Assembly: GCA_023334545.1 (NCBI GenBank)
Contig: JAADVB010000019.1
Location: forward strand, 64,012 to 128,011
Length of the DNA: 64,000 bases
Direction: 5' to 3'
Origin: Salisapilia sapeloensis CBS 127946
Lineage: Eukaryota; Protista; Oomycota
The notes beneath the pieces were generated by a model. That model did not search any database. It saw only the letters and a program-made list of their open reading frames with translations, and had not been told where the DNA came from. Of the stretch, positions 22,952 to 35,418 are shown piece by piece (within the stretch, counting starts at the first letter, position 1; each line of letters opens with the position of its first letter). The translations under genes and the position numbers were made by a program.

Positions 22952-23078
22952 AGTGTGATAACAAAGAGTCAGCTTGGACACCTTTAGAGCATTGCATTGC
23001 GTTCTACTAGACGTATCTCCTAGGAGAATTTTATAGGCAGAGCGCATGAAAAGTGGAATCTGAATTTGTAGACAACAT

Positions 23079-24181
23079 CTAATCGTCGAATGTGATTTTG
23101 GAGCCTTTAAAGTCATGGATGCCAGCATTCTCCTTGGCTTTGAGTGCTTGCTTGGCAGCCCACGACGGATGCAGCTCTTCCGGAGTCTTCTTCACTTCCT
23201 TGACCTCTCTGACCTCCCGTTTCTCTTGTACCTTGCGTTCCTTTGGTCTCGATGACTCTCTACCTCTATGCTCCTCCGGCTTCCGCTTCTTCGGTCGTTC
23301 CGAAGGACCGTACTTGCTCAGGCTGTGATCAGCGAATCGTTTACTCGGATCTCTCGCGGCCTCCTCCCGTCGCATGGCCTTTTGCCGACGAGCCATTTGC
23401 CCCGGTCGATTCTTCTTCTTCTTTTTCCCGTTTTCGCCTAAAAAGTCTGCAATGTCGTCCTCGTCTTGTGCGGCTGTAGCCTGTCCATTGGATGACAAAG
23501 AGCCGAAGAAGACAGATGATGGAGCATTGGAGCTTCGACCACCGACAAGAGCATCGCGCTTGTTGCCTCGATTCACAGCTCGCTTCTCTTTTTGCCGTTG
23601 TTTCTTTACATCTTCACGTTCTTGGAGCTCAGCAACTTGTTTGATCGCTGCAAGCGTTTCGGATAGAGATCGATGGGCGAGTAGTTTGTCCATCATCTTG
23701 TTTGCGATGCTAGCTTTGTTTTGTTGACTGTCTTCTGTATCTACGGTATCTGGTTTTTCAATCAAGTCAATCTCGCCATCAAATTCTTCCGAGTCGAACC
23801 CGTCATCCTCGGCACGAACGTCTTCATTATCACTTTCATCATCGTCTTGAGAGACGCTTAATCCGGCATCCGAAATGACTTTTGCCGCAGCATCATGGAC
23901 GTCAATAGCCTATGTATATGTCAATTTAGGATATAGGCAAAATCAACTATATCAACAATGCAATAGATGGAATAACGTACTTTAAGAGCAGCTAATTTGT
24001 CCTCGAGCTGCTTGGTCTTGGTACTTTCCGCATCGTTGGCTTCCTTTTTAGCCTTTTTCAAGTCTTTCACAACTTCTTGAATAAGAAGAGACTTGGCTTT
24101 TTTAATTTCACGGCTTAAAGCTGTCTTTGCCTTGTGCAATAGCTTCTCTTTAGCAGAATACGGTGCCTTCCGCTTGCTCAT
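23079..24181 (-). CDS. BUD22/SRFBP1-like ribosome-biogenesis protein, 2 exons
   Basis: Exons 24181-23981 and 23909-23079 (71-bp intron); KKKKNRPGQMARRQK and C-terminal LHPSWAAKQ...FKGSKITFDD. Confidence 0.85.
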
Positions 24182-24600
24182 ACCTATTCTTGTGTTTTGT
24201 GTCCGAATGGTGCTCCAGTCACTGTCAAACCATCTCCATTTTTATGAATTATTACACTTGGCGTTTATATACAGAAAGCGCAGGTTCTACGGTCCGTAGA
24301 TCTTTAAAAGATGCTAGAAACTTGGACGAATATTGGAAACCTGGTCATCACTTTGCTGGAAGTCTACAGGCCAGGAGTCAGACACTAGTTGTATGCCGTC
24401 GTGCATACATAGAGATGAAGAATGTTTGCTTTTAGGCATCCAGTTTTTCAGCAGTGCCAGCCATTCATGTTAGCTTTCAATTGGCAGATCGTCTTCTGGC
24501 CTTGTTCATCATTCGATATGCTTTAAATAGATTCCAGTAGCACTTCTTGCACCTTTGGGGCACTTGATCAAAATCATTAAGTAAAGGACTTGGCTACGTC

Positions 24601-26001
24601 ATGCGTGGTAATGCGAAGGCACAACATGCTGGCAAGGACATTGCTTCGAACCACAAGCTGTCCTTGCCATCCCAGGAACTTGACCGTATGAAAGCTCAAG
24701 CTGTGATTATGTCGGACGATGACATTGCTCGGATGAAACAAGAAAAGGAAGCAGAGTTCGCTAGAACGCGATATGCTTCCCAGCAACGAAAGGAACAAAT
24801 GATGAAGAAAGAGTTGGAAGTACGAGCGCATCGGGAGCAGCTTGCGCTGGAAATGGAACTAGAGGCAGTGAAGAATGCGCCTTTGACGGAAGAAGACATG
24901 CTTCGTAGTCAAAGTCTTGATCCCGTTCGTCGGATCAATGGTTTGGCTCTCCAAGCAAGAGGATATCAACTCTGTGATAAACTGCATGACGCCCAAGAGA
25001 ATAAAAAGGAATTTGAAACCAATTACAATCGCCGGATTAATCGTAACATGGAGCGAGATCGAGTACAGGAGTTAGACGATCGTAGAGCACAACGAGAAGC
25101 TGATCGCAATAAGCGTATAGAAGCGAGAAAAATGCTGGAAGAGCAAATCGCTGAACGAGAGAAGAAGAAGATTTGGGCGGAAGAAGCCAAGTCGATTGAA
25201 GCTCAGAAGATTGTCGCCAAGTATAAAAAGTATGAAGAAGAGGAGGAGGACAAACATCGGAAACAGCAAGAGCATAAAAGATGGGTGGCCGGTGAGATTA
25301 TGAAGACGAATGCCACAATGGAGCAGATGAAACAGGAAGCTCGAGAGCGTGAAAAGTATGAGGATAGAGTAGCTGCAGCTTATCTGAAGAAGAAAGCAAT
25401 GGCCGAAGAAGCAAAGTTACAGGAGGAACTTCGTATCAAGAAAGCCCAAGAGATACGAACGGCAAAGTTGAGGGCACAACAAGAGAAGGCTCAGGACAAA
25501 CAAGCGATTCAAGATGCTTTCCGTGCGAAACGGGCATTCGAAGACCGTGAGAAGCAAGCTCGGGAGAAGGAGAAGAAAGAGAAGGAGGATCAGAAAGCGA
25601 TGTGGCAAAAGATTCTCAAGGAGAGGGAGAAGCAGTCTCAGTTCAAGGCAGAAGCGAGGTTGCATGAGCAGAGGCAGTTGGAAGTCATTGATAAGATTGG
25701 ACAGGAAGCTGTGGAAAGCGAGTATGAACGTCGTCGGAGAGAGGAAGAGGAGAAACAGAGACGTAATAGGCAGTATGGGGAGCACGTAAAACAGCAAATT
25801 GAAAGCAATGCAAGTAAACGGGAGAAAGAGAGATTGTTTGCTGCGAACGAAGGCAAATTTGAGAAGAAGAATCAACTAAAGGAAGCTATCATTGTGGAGA
25901 AGGTGAGGCAACAAGCGCTAGCAAAGCTGAAGAAAGAAGGCGTATCGAAAGGCTATTTGCGAGAGTTGGAACGGATGAAAGTGACACATCCGAATCAATA
26001 G
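24601..26001 (+). CDS. CFAP45: Cilia- and flagella-associated protein 45-like (trichohyalin-plectin homology coiled coil)
   Basis: E/K/R-rich coiled coil with AKLRAQQEKAQDKQAIQDAFRAKRAFE, matching the CFAP45/CCDC19 signature as I recall it. Confidence 0.75.
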   Translation: MRGNAKAQHAGKDIASNHKLSLPSQELDRMKAQAVIMSDDDIARMKQEKEAEFARTRYASQQRKEQMMKKELEVRAHREQLALEMELEAVKNAPLTEEDMLRSQSLDPVRRINGLALQARGYQLCDKLHDAQENKKEFETNYNRRINRNMERDRVQELDDRRAQREADRNKRIEARKMLEEQIAEREKKKIWAEEAKSIEAQKIVAKYKKYEEEEEDKHRKQQEHKRWVAGEIMKTNATMEQMKQEAREREKYEDRVAAAYLKKKAMAEEAKLQEELRIKKAQEIRTAKLRAQQEKAQDKQAIQDAFRAKRAFEDREKQAREKEKKEKEDQKAMWQKILKEREKQSQFKAEARLHEQRQLEVIDKIGQEAVESEYERRRREEEEKQRRNRQYGEHVKQQIESNASKREKERLFAANEGKFEKKNQLKEAIIVEKVRQQALAKLKKEGVSKGYLRELERMKVTHPNQ

Positions 26002-26143
26002 ATGAGATAGACTTTGACGCTTGGAACGGATAAGTTGATGAAATTTAGCTATTCATATTTTTCCTAAAATAGGCATTATTGCTCTTGATCAGAGGTAGAG
26101 TTCCATTCGTCGTGTACTTGGTAGTAAGTTAAATCTCGTGCGC

Positions 26144-26932
26144 ATGGCTGGACAGGTACAAGATAAGAGGAAAGAAAAGGAATATGCATATGCATCAAGC
26201 CTCGTCCAACTCTACTTTCGGATGCTGACTACCGGTTGTCGAGATGTCACTTCGACGTCAAGTCAAGTCGAGGCACCATGCACGAGTCCGTACTGTGTCG
26301 GCAGTGGCATCACCGTCCCATATCCACCAGCCGATGCTGCCATTAAAAGCATTTACATGGCCACACAAGACCCTGTGCCCATTTGCGAGAGGCTTCTAGA
26401 ACATCATCAGCTCGACGTACAGCCTTCTACCGACACCGCAGCGTTGACGGAAACCTATAGCGATCTTGTCGAACAAGAGACCAATATGTATAATCCTCAG
26501 GTTGATAAAGTAGCTGGTACGAAAGCTCAAGAAGATGTCCAACAGCAAGAGGTCCATGAAGATGTCCCGGAAGTGGATGTAGAAGTAGCAAAAGACAACT
26601 CGGCGGATGTGGTAACCGACAGCAATAACCTACCTGAGCCTCCGTTACTCCAATTAAATGAAAACCAAAATGAAGAACAACAGACTTCTACTCCTCGACG
26701 ACGTATCTCCGTAGCAAAGACACTTGACGATACGATCAACCCCGTTGCGACATCATCAGACCAACTTCTTGACGTGAGTACGAACGAAGCAAAGAGCACA
26801 TCTTTAATCCCGAGTAAATCCAAAGGCCGTAATACGTCCATGTCGATAAAAGACAGAGGCATGAGTCTGCTGAAGAAGAAGCTTTTACAAGCACTCGGAA
26901 GATCTAGTTCGAAACCTTCTACGCACAAGTAG
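26144..26932 (+). CDS. Protein with N-terminal AZUL-like zinc finger and disordered tail, no HECT domain
   Basis: LVQLYFRMLTTGC-x13-CTSPYC...DAAIKSIYM...PIC parallels the UBE3A AZUL pattern [23 protein letters not shown]...AAAIKALELY...KLC. Confidence 0.7.
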   Translation: MAGQVQDKRKEKEYAYASSLVQLYFRMLTTGCRDVTSTSSQVEAPCTSPYCVGSGITVPYPPADAAIKSIYMATQDPVPICERLLEHHQLDVQPSTDTAALTETYSDLVEQETNMYNPQVDKVAGTKAQEDVQQQEVHEDVPEVDVEVAKDNSADVVTDSNNLPEPPLLQLNENQNEEQQTSTPRRRISVAKTLDDTINPVATSSDQLLDVSTNEAKSTSLIPSKSKGRNTSMSIKDRGMSLLKKKLLQALGRSSSKPSTHK

Positions 26933-26980
26933 ATAAAAAGCAAAGAAAGTATATTGACCATTGACACTCCTTTTGCATAC

Positions 26981-28216
26981 TTAAAGTCCTTGTAAAGGCA
27001 TGTCATCCACTGGCATGCCATTGTCCCGATGCCCATCGTTTCCTCCTGGCTGCCATGCTGGAACGAGGGACATGACGAAGGATCCGAAGAAGTACTTGAC
27101 ATCCTGTACAAATCCAGTACGTTCATTATTGACCTCCAAGATCGCCGAGACGTTCAGTCCGTTGCTAATGGCATTTGGAACAACGTTGGGTGCTGCCTCT
27201 TGCTGCGGTTCAACCTGTCGTCCATGTCGTCGCATGAAAATCTCGTAGAGTTTTGCTAATATGCCAGTAATATGGAGATAGGAAATGAAGCTGATGGTGA
27301 TGAGGACTAAGAGACCGTCCCATGGTGTGTCCTGACCAATAAGGAAGAGCATGAATCCCATTTTAACGAGCAGACGCAAGTCAAAGAGAGGTACGACATG
27401 CTGTTGAAGCTCTCCCATGAGCGTCTGTTGGCCTGGAGGCGGAGGAGTATTGTTATTATTGGGAGTATTGGCAGCAGGATGAGGCGGTGGTGCAACGTTT
27501 GCAGGTATAGGAGGAACACGCGTCTGTCCATTTTGCTCTAGATGTGCTTGGAGCTGTTGGAGGTACTGGAGTTGCGTTAATAGCATCATTTGCTGCTGCA
27601 ATAACATTTGGTACTGCATCCAGTCGGGCATACCGGACGCTGCGACCATCCCTGGCATGCTCATGGGCATCATTTGCGGTTGGAATGCTGGAGATGGGGC
27701 AGCAGCTGACGTTTCAGGAGCTGGAGGCTGAACAGGAGTGGGATTTGTGGGTTCAGGAGCTGGAGCTGGAGGCTCTGGTGTGGACGACGGAGGTTCTGGA
27801 TCTGCTAGAGAAGGTTCAGGTGTTTCATTCGTGACTGAACGCAATGTGGAAGGTATGAGGAGATGTAGCACGACGGACGGAACGTCGCTATCCTCGGATT
27901 TTGCTTCTGTCTCGCCATTTGGATGGTGCTATAGTACATCAAACATTATAAAGGTGAGTGTAAACGCTCATGTACTTGCCAGCATTGGAACATGAGGAAT
28001 AGAAAGACCTACGAGCTTGAGCACGTCGCCGAGTTTGTCCGTTTCAGGCAACACGCGTCCGCCAAAGATGAGTTTCTGGTCTTTTGAGGCTGGATTTCCT
28101 GGAAATTCTTGCTGAATACTGCTCTTAAGATCCTGAATGGTCGATTCCGGATCTACTGTAAATGACGTCGATTGCGATGGCGCATACACGCTCCGAACGA
28201 GTACCTGCAGTGGCAT
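26981..28216 (-). CDS. HERPUD-like ERAD membrane protein with N-terminal ubiquitin-like domain, 2 exons
   Basis: Exons 28216-28013 and 27928-26981 (84-bp intron); UBL with DQKLIFGGRVL and VVLHLL; Pro/Gln/Met-rich linker; LFDLRLLVKM...YLHITG...SLVPAW membrane region. Confidence 0.8.
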
Positions 28217-28770
28217 CTTCTACCTCTGAAGTATTTCTTTCAGTGTGTTTGTATGGGTACGTGGCGGGTGGGAGTTAGCTCGTGGTTTAATGTAAAAAGT
28301 ACGTTTTACGCGGTCGTCACTGGATCTTTACCTTTGACCCATCTGGCTCGTTTGAATTTTTATGACATGCCTTGCTAGACACTGTGTGGCGTACCGAAGA
28401 GTATCGAACCTCGATCTCCTCTTGTCGCACCTGCCTTATTATCCTCGACGATAGCTTTTCTCCAAATATCCTTGGAAACAAGATAGTTTCCCTCCTACAA
28501 AGCACACACACATTACTTTCCTTGTCCTCTACCATCTTTCCTACGCCTTTGGTCTTCAACTTAGGGCAAGCATCTAACCTACAATTGTCGCGTCCGTCTA
28601 GTACTTGCCCAGCTGATCTGCCTGGCATACTCTATCCAAGTCACTTCCTTGCTGAAAATTTAAACACTCCGTCCAGACGAAAAAAAGACACATCCCGAAA
28701 AAACGAGTCGGAGAGCGGTCACCGCTTTCGTCTCGCCGGAGCGAGCTAACTGACAAGTACACGAGCAAGC

Positions 28771-31700
28771 ATGGTCAAGGGCCTACGTGCTTCTCTTTCG
28801 AAGGAGTCGCCGCCGACGCTCCGACGGCGGTTATCGCCAGGCACGTCAGGTGACACGGCGCCGCCGCCGCCGTTATCGAGCAGCGCGTCGAATGGTGGGA
28901 AAGTCGTCATGGGCATCTCGGCTTCTGCAGGCGAGGCCGTGGAAGATTGGAGCGCCGACTTTGAAGACGATGGACATGAAGCGCCCATCGGTACGTACAC
29001 TCCCATGAATATAAATTTTGATGAAAGTTTCATGCTGGCGGATGGTCTGCCGGATCTCCCGTTTCTCCTTCTGTCGATCATCATTTGAATTATTTATTAA
29101 TTTGTATCGACTATTCATGCTAGTTGGTCAGTTTATGGACAATGGGACGGATGAACGAGGACTCCGGGCCGAATCAGACGATGCAGACATGTTCCAGCCG
29201 TGCGTCAGGTATACAAGGCGGCCGAGCGGAAGTAGCGGCAGCGAACTCGCGCTGTCGCCACCGCCGGCACCGTCCAATGAGAAAAGTACAGACAAAGTTG
29301 GGAGCGATCGGAGCTCCCATCGGTCTGTCCGAGACATCTTCTCGTCGCCGCAGCCGGATACGCGTGTGAATCTACGGAACTCGATGTTACTCCAGGCGAG
29401 CTCTGGCGTGGAAGATGATAGTGAAGAAGAGAACTGGGACGCCGAGTTTGGCGTGAACTTTGAGGACGACGAAGAGGACGAGGAAGATCCGACTTGTATG
29501 ACGTACCCGACGCTCGCAGCTGCCAAGTCCCGTCGAAAGGACTTCAACGCGATGCGACAGACTGTAAGGGATCTTCTGGAAGACGACGAGATCCAGGACG
29601 ATGAACAGTCCGGCAGCCATGCCCACTCGAGCCTATCGCCTCGCCATCGCAACCGCAAGTCGTCCGATGAACAGCTCTTCCAGCGCCAACGCCCGTCGTC
29701 CTTTGACGACGACGCGAGCAGGGACTGCGAGAGCAGCGTAACGTCTTTCACCGGTAACAACCACTTTACTGAGCCCAAGGCACCGAGTCCGTTAGTCGAG
29801 TGCGCTCTCGCAGACAAGTACAGATTGATCGACACGGCTAGCTCATCTGCATATGCCGTCCGGATCGAACGATACCCGAAAGTCTGCTCTTCCTACAGCC
29901 ACTTGGAGACATTGCCTGGTTACTCTGTCTTCACCGAGAATAGTTTTGAGAACTTTTTACATACGCTCGCACGGAAAGATGCACAGAAAGTGGCAGACGC
30001 GTTAGAGAAAGATCGAGCGAAACTAGGGAATGTCCAGTTACAAAAAGCCAAGCGGTTCCAGTCGCTCGTGTCGGAGCCCTTTGGCCCGACTTTTGTACGC
30101 AACTACTTTCAGCAAGTGTCTATCTATCGATTCTTTAGTGAAAACGAGAGTAACGAGGAGCTTGTGCGCTTGTTCTTTGACAAAGTATCGACCGTTGCGA
30201 TGGCATCGGATCCATTGTCGACGCAAATGTCGTTGGAAGACTACAAGATGGTGGCAGGGTATACGCTGGAGCTTTTGCAAGAAGCTGGACGTATGTTTGG
30301 TCCTTTTTGCCATCGAAGAGTTCCTCGAGACGAAAAGGAGAGGAAGGAAGGACGTATTCGTGTCCGTCAGTTCCAGTACAGTCTTCGAGAGTGCTCCAAG
30401 GCGTTTCCAGAGTATGCAGATGCGATTGCATTGGTCGAACTGCGATACGTCGTGCATCATCTATCGACATTTGAAGAGAGTGAATTGACGTATACGTGGC
30501 AAGTCTGTTCGTCCTACTCTTCTCTTGGTCTCTTTGACGAAGAAGAGTTGTCGATGGAGGCATTGGAACGCTATGCAGCCTTGTTCTCCCAGTTGACACG
30601 TCGTTGTGATCGAGAGAATCGACCGGAGACATCGACGTGGAAGTTTGCGCTAACGAACGATCCGTTCTGTCTACGAGCTCTGCTGCTTAGTGACATTCAG
30701 AGGTTGTATCAGAGCGTTAGTGCCTTGTCGGGAGAACCTGTTTCCGACACGAGCGAGTACTTTGAAGTCGATGACGACCAGGAGCAGGCATCTCCACAGG
30801 ACTTTACTCAAGTACGTGTATGGCGCAGTGCCGACCGCGTCCGCTCGCTCGTCAAGCTTCCATCCTTCGCTCGACGTAGCGCTCTCACGTCGTTCTACGA
30901 CGACATCTCGGCCGAAGCGTATCCGCTCATCAAGGCACGTGTCGCCCTGAGCCTCTGCACGTTGCATCGTACGTCTCCTGGCTTTCAGAGCCTGCGCACG
31001 GCCGAAGCATTAGCCTATGACGCCGTTCGACTGCTGCACAAGTACACGCAAGACGAGGACGTGTCGTCCCATACGCTTTGTATCGCCGAAGGTCTCTTAT
31101 CAGAGCTCGGTCGAGAGGCGTTGGAAGCACTTGGGAATCTTCTTGTGCAGAATGAAAAGTATCGATACGGTGTCCTGTGTCTCGAAGCAGCTTCTCGCGT
31201 ATACTCTTTCCTGCATCAAGGAAGTGATTACTACCAATTGAATCGAGAGTTATGCGCGATCACAGTTTACGCTGATGATGTCGATCGAGCTCTTCCTCTC
31301 CATGAAAAAGAAGCAGCTTCTGCTCAGCTCCAAGGGAAGACGACAGAATTTGTCTACTTGGTGTCGACGTTAACGAAGCTATGGGTACAGAATGGAGACT
31401 TTGCCAAGGCAGAAGATAATCTGTTGCAAGCGTTTGGGTACTTGCGAGAACAAGTCGCGACGCTCCCTCCATTCTACAGCTCATCTCCGCGTCAAGTGCG
31501 TCGATCAGGTAGTGAAGCCGCGTCGTCTGTACGTAGTAGTACGATGCTCACGACGACCTCGTCATCTGCGTCATCTTCCATGTCCGGGAGCTTCATGTCG
31601 AGACATTCGAACTGTAGTGAGTCGGATTCGATGCTCAAGTACGACTTGGATCTACATCTGCAGCTACGACAAGTGTACAAGACTAGCGGTCGAGTGTTAG

Positions 31701-34696
31701 AAGGAGCGAAAGTGTTGGATTACGTCCTTCACTACACTTCCCGTCTACCACGAGGTAAACGGACTGAGCTTCGTATGCTACTGGCAGAGGATTGTGTCAA
31801 GCTACGACTACTGGATAGTACCCAGACGCTGTTAGATATGATGGATAAGGACGCACGACAGAGTGATCCGACGTCTTCCATCGTCAGCACTGATAGCAAC
31901 GGGAGTCGAGGTCCATCCGCGACGTCGGAAGCGAGGTATGCTCTCGATATGGTCAGTCGCAAGCGCTATGCGCTCTGTCGCGCGCGCGTGTGTCTCCACC
32001 AGAAAAAGTTTCGTGCGGCCTTTAGCTGGTTGTCGCTCGCCCATGCGCGTGTCCAGTCGGAGAGTCTTCAGGACTGGTCGAAGTTGCGTTTCTTGGACGG
32101 CAAAGTGCTCCTGTCGATGCTCCATGCACAGCAAGAAGGTCGGATCGTGGAGGAGACGATGGACGTGTACACGCTCTTTTCGACTGCATCGATGAATCTA
32201 GATGAGAAGGAGAAGGAGATGGTGAGTGAGCGACTGCATTCGTTTGATAAAGCGATAGAACGACCAGAGGAGCTCAAGAGACTCGGGATGGAGGCGTTTG
32301 ATGATTCGTTGGAGCAGTCGCAGGCGCTAGATGACGGTCTGCATAAGCTCAAGTCAATTCTGGCGCAAGTGGAGCTCCATCTAGCTCCTTTAACACCATG
32401 CTTCCTCGCCATGGGGAGCTGTTTGGATAAGGAGCGGCTGTCGGAGGCGTTGAAGAGTGTATTCAAGTCGACGGATGGAGGTCAGTTGCAGCTATCGGAT
32501 TTGGACGGAGAGGACGATGTGTGTCAAGAGGCGTTCGAGTGCTTGAATCGAGCCATGACACTGCTGCGACGTGCGATGGTGGCGGCAGAGCAGGTGAGTC
32601 TGCCTTCTCTGAGCATGAAAACGCTACTTTTGTGCGCCCAGACATGGTTGTGGATGGAACTCGTTCGTCCGGAAGGCGGGAAAAGAGTCAAGCAATGTGC
32701 TGCGTTCTGGGAAGAAAGCGTCAAGATCCTCAAGAGCGTCTACTTGCGTCGCGTCTGCTTCCAAGAAGACGTGGCAGAGGTCAGTGAGTCGGGGAGTCAC
32801 TCGAGATACGTCAATGGGTACACGGAGCACACGCCGTATTCGTTCAGTATGCTTCCTCTCCTCAACTTTAGCCACGGTTTCATCCATCGTCTGCATAAGA
32901 AATCTCTTGCGATGATCGTGCTGTCTGGTCAGCTTCAGGCACTTGCTTCCTCTCCGTCGTACATCCACGACATGGTCCAAGTGCATGCGGATGAACTTTT
33001 GAGTGCCCAACTCTCTCTTTCGTCTATTTTGCATGAACTCGAGTCGTTCCGAGAAGCACATAGCCATCTCTTCCAACCCGTCACGTCTCTCAAGTCACTC
33101 ACGACGGATCGACGAGACGCGCCTTCGCACAAGTACTCTGGTAGCTTTGGTAGCAGTCGACAAGCGCCTGCTCGACGTGGACACAAGAAGAACCAGAGTA
33201 TGTCGGCGATCTCGGAGATGCTGGCGCCCAAGGCGAGACCCTTCATGGCTGCCCCGTTCGCCATGGATATGCCCAAGCATGATGCCGTCCCAGTGTCCGT
33301 GCGCATGCCTCGCACTGGTCTCGCGACACTGTCGGATCGGACGGAAGCCTCGAGCTTTCGAACTGTCCCATGTGTACGTGAACGCGCCTTGTCGGAAGCA
33401 CAGGCCGTCGAGGCATCTGCTGGTGTCCAGGTGATGGACCTCGCAGACTTGCGATTGACGCCGACGCAGCTGCAGGAGCAAGTGCCGAGTGGCCGCTTTG
33501 CTCTGGATGAAGTCCAGAGCGCTCGACTGTGGCATCTCTTTGCCAGTTGGAAGACACAGCGGAAGAACTACTGTCGAGGCAAGACGGACTCTGTGCACTT
33601 TCGATGGCGGAATCTACGCCAGTTGAGACTCTTGCTAGATGCGTTTGACCCGACGCATGTGGCGGTGACGGATAGCGAGAGTGCAGGCGACTTGCCCGTG
33701 TTTGACGTTGCGCACTTGAACGGCCATGCGTTGGTGCAACATCCGCGTGGGACGTTTAACATTGCGGAGAACAAGGTCGAGCGCTTTGAATGGGATGAAG
33801 CGCAGAGTAGTGCGTACTGGATCTCGCACTTTGAGAGCATGAGTGTCGATGCGGATGGCATTGGTGCACCGATTGCACGGACGTTGCAGAGGCTGAGTGT
33901 GTCGACGGTCGTACGAGCACTTGGCGCGTTGTTGACTGAATCGCCCATGGTCGTTGTCGGTGGATCCTTCTGCCGCGTGAAAGAGACGACGTTGACGCTG
34001 CTGACGCTCTTGAGACCCTTCTTCTGGCAGCATACGACGTACCCTTTTATTCCAGTGTCATGCTGGAAGTCAATGGCTGATGCGATGCGACGTGAATCGT
34101 CCTTCTTGGTCGGTACGACGACGGAAGCGTGGCGGTGTGCCAAGAAGGAACTAGCTGGCAAGCAGTCTCTTGTCTCCAAGGTGACGGTGCTCCATCTAGA
34201 TTCTGTCGAGCCTCTGCGAATAGCCAAGGGAAGCGTCGAGATGCCGAATAAATGGCGCAAGCAGCTTATTAGTCGAATGGAAAAGGCTGCCAAGGCGAGA
34301 CGCAAGGCGGATCGTGGACCTCAGACGCTTGTGAAGCAGCTTGGCGTCTTTGCCATGGACATGGGCACTGATGATAAGGATGACTTCATGTACACTGGTC
34401 GTAGCTCGAGTGTCGATGCCAATAGTCAGCAAGCCTTTAGTGATGCACTGCGGGAGCTGTATACGAAGCTGTTGGATGCTTGTGACAGCGTGAATCGACG
34501 GACGAGGAAGAAGGGTGGACTCAAGAGTCTGTTTGATCCGTCGGTGGATGAGATTGAAGCGTTCGCGTCGGTAGTGCAGACGACGGATATGTTTGCGCAC
34601 TTGACGCGAGATGGGCGGATCATGAAAGGAGAGTATAGCTATGGAGACAGTGTGTCGTCGAGCTCGAGCAAAAGGGTGGAAAGCTCTGGGTACTAG
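28771..34696 (+). CDS. Large (about 1930 aa) protein with TPR-like helical middle and C-terminal DENN domain, 2 exons
   Basis: Exon 28771-28990, phase-1 intron 28991-29123, exon 29124-34696. cDENN-like LQRLSVSTVVRALGALLTESPMVVV...LLRPFFWQHTTYPFIP...FLVGT; dDENN-like FASVVQTTDMF; TPR-like LGNLLVQNEKYRYGVLCLE and LWVQNGDFAKAEDNLLQA. Confidence 0.8.
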
Positions 34697-34705
34697 CAAA
34701 CGAAT

Positions 34706-35418
34706 TTATTTACGATGGTGGCGGTGGGAAGCGTAGACGATCTAGATGGCCTCGTGACGATGTGGTGGGAGGATGAGGAGGATGTTGCGTACCTGATCTA
34801 TGCGGTAGCCCATGGACGGATGACCTGCAGCGATGGCCCATTGAAGAGGCGTCTTCTTCCACTGCAACTAGTTAGATATTGTTTCCATGTAGGTTTATAA
34901 GAAATGATAAAGGTTTTGAGACTTTTCGATAGACTTGAGTACCTTGTCGATCGTGTTCCAGTTCGCATTAAATGTCAGTAGGAGACGAATGATGTCTTCG
35001 TGGCCGTACTTGCACGCGAGGTGCAACGGAGAGTACCAGCCCTAGGTACAAGTGAGACTTTATGTATGTAGTTGAGTTGGACGGGAGAGGTGTACCCAAG
35101 CAGCACGCTCGTTGACGTCTGCATTGTGGTCTACGAGAAGCTGGACCATCTCCAGATTTCCCTTGGCGACAGCTCGATGGAGTGGTCCGACACCAGACTA
35201 TATGGTGGTCGTACATGAGACTAGAGTTTTGGATGAATAGAGAGTGGGAGTACCCATCGACGTCGGTTGAGGAGAGATGGATTCGTTTCTAGGAGTGAGC
35301 GGACGACTTGGATGTTTCCTTGTGAGACGAAGAGACAAAGATCGACCTTTTGCACTCGGTTCTGGCTGTCTTTTACGGTGGAATGGAGGTCACCTTGACA
35401 TGGAGTTGGACTTGCCAT
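34706..35418 (-). CDS. Small ankyrin-repeat protein, 5 exons (not assembled by the ORF track)
   Basis: Exons 35418-35254, 35197-35096, 35041-34943, 34861-34793, 34741-34706, all phase 0 (introns 56, 54, 81, 51 bp). Repeats GVGPLHRAVAKGNLEMVQLLVDHNADVN, GWYSPLHLACKYGHEDIIRLLLTFNANWN, WKKTPLQWAIAAGH. The last exon is the least certain. Confidence 0.8.

Noticed and set aside
33568-34305. 245-aa minus-strand ORF and other antisense ORFs within the DENN gene and the TSR array
   Set aside because: Fully nested opposite well-supported CDSs, with no recognisable domains.
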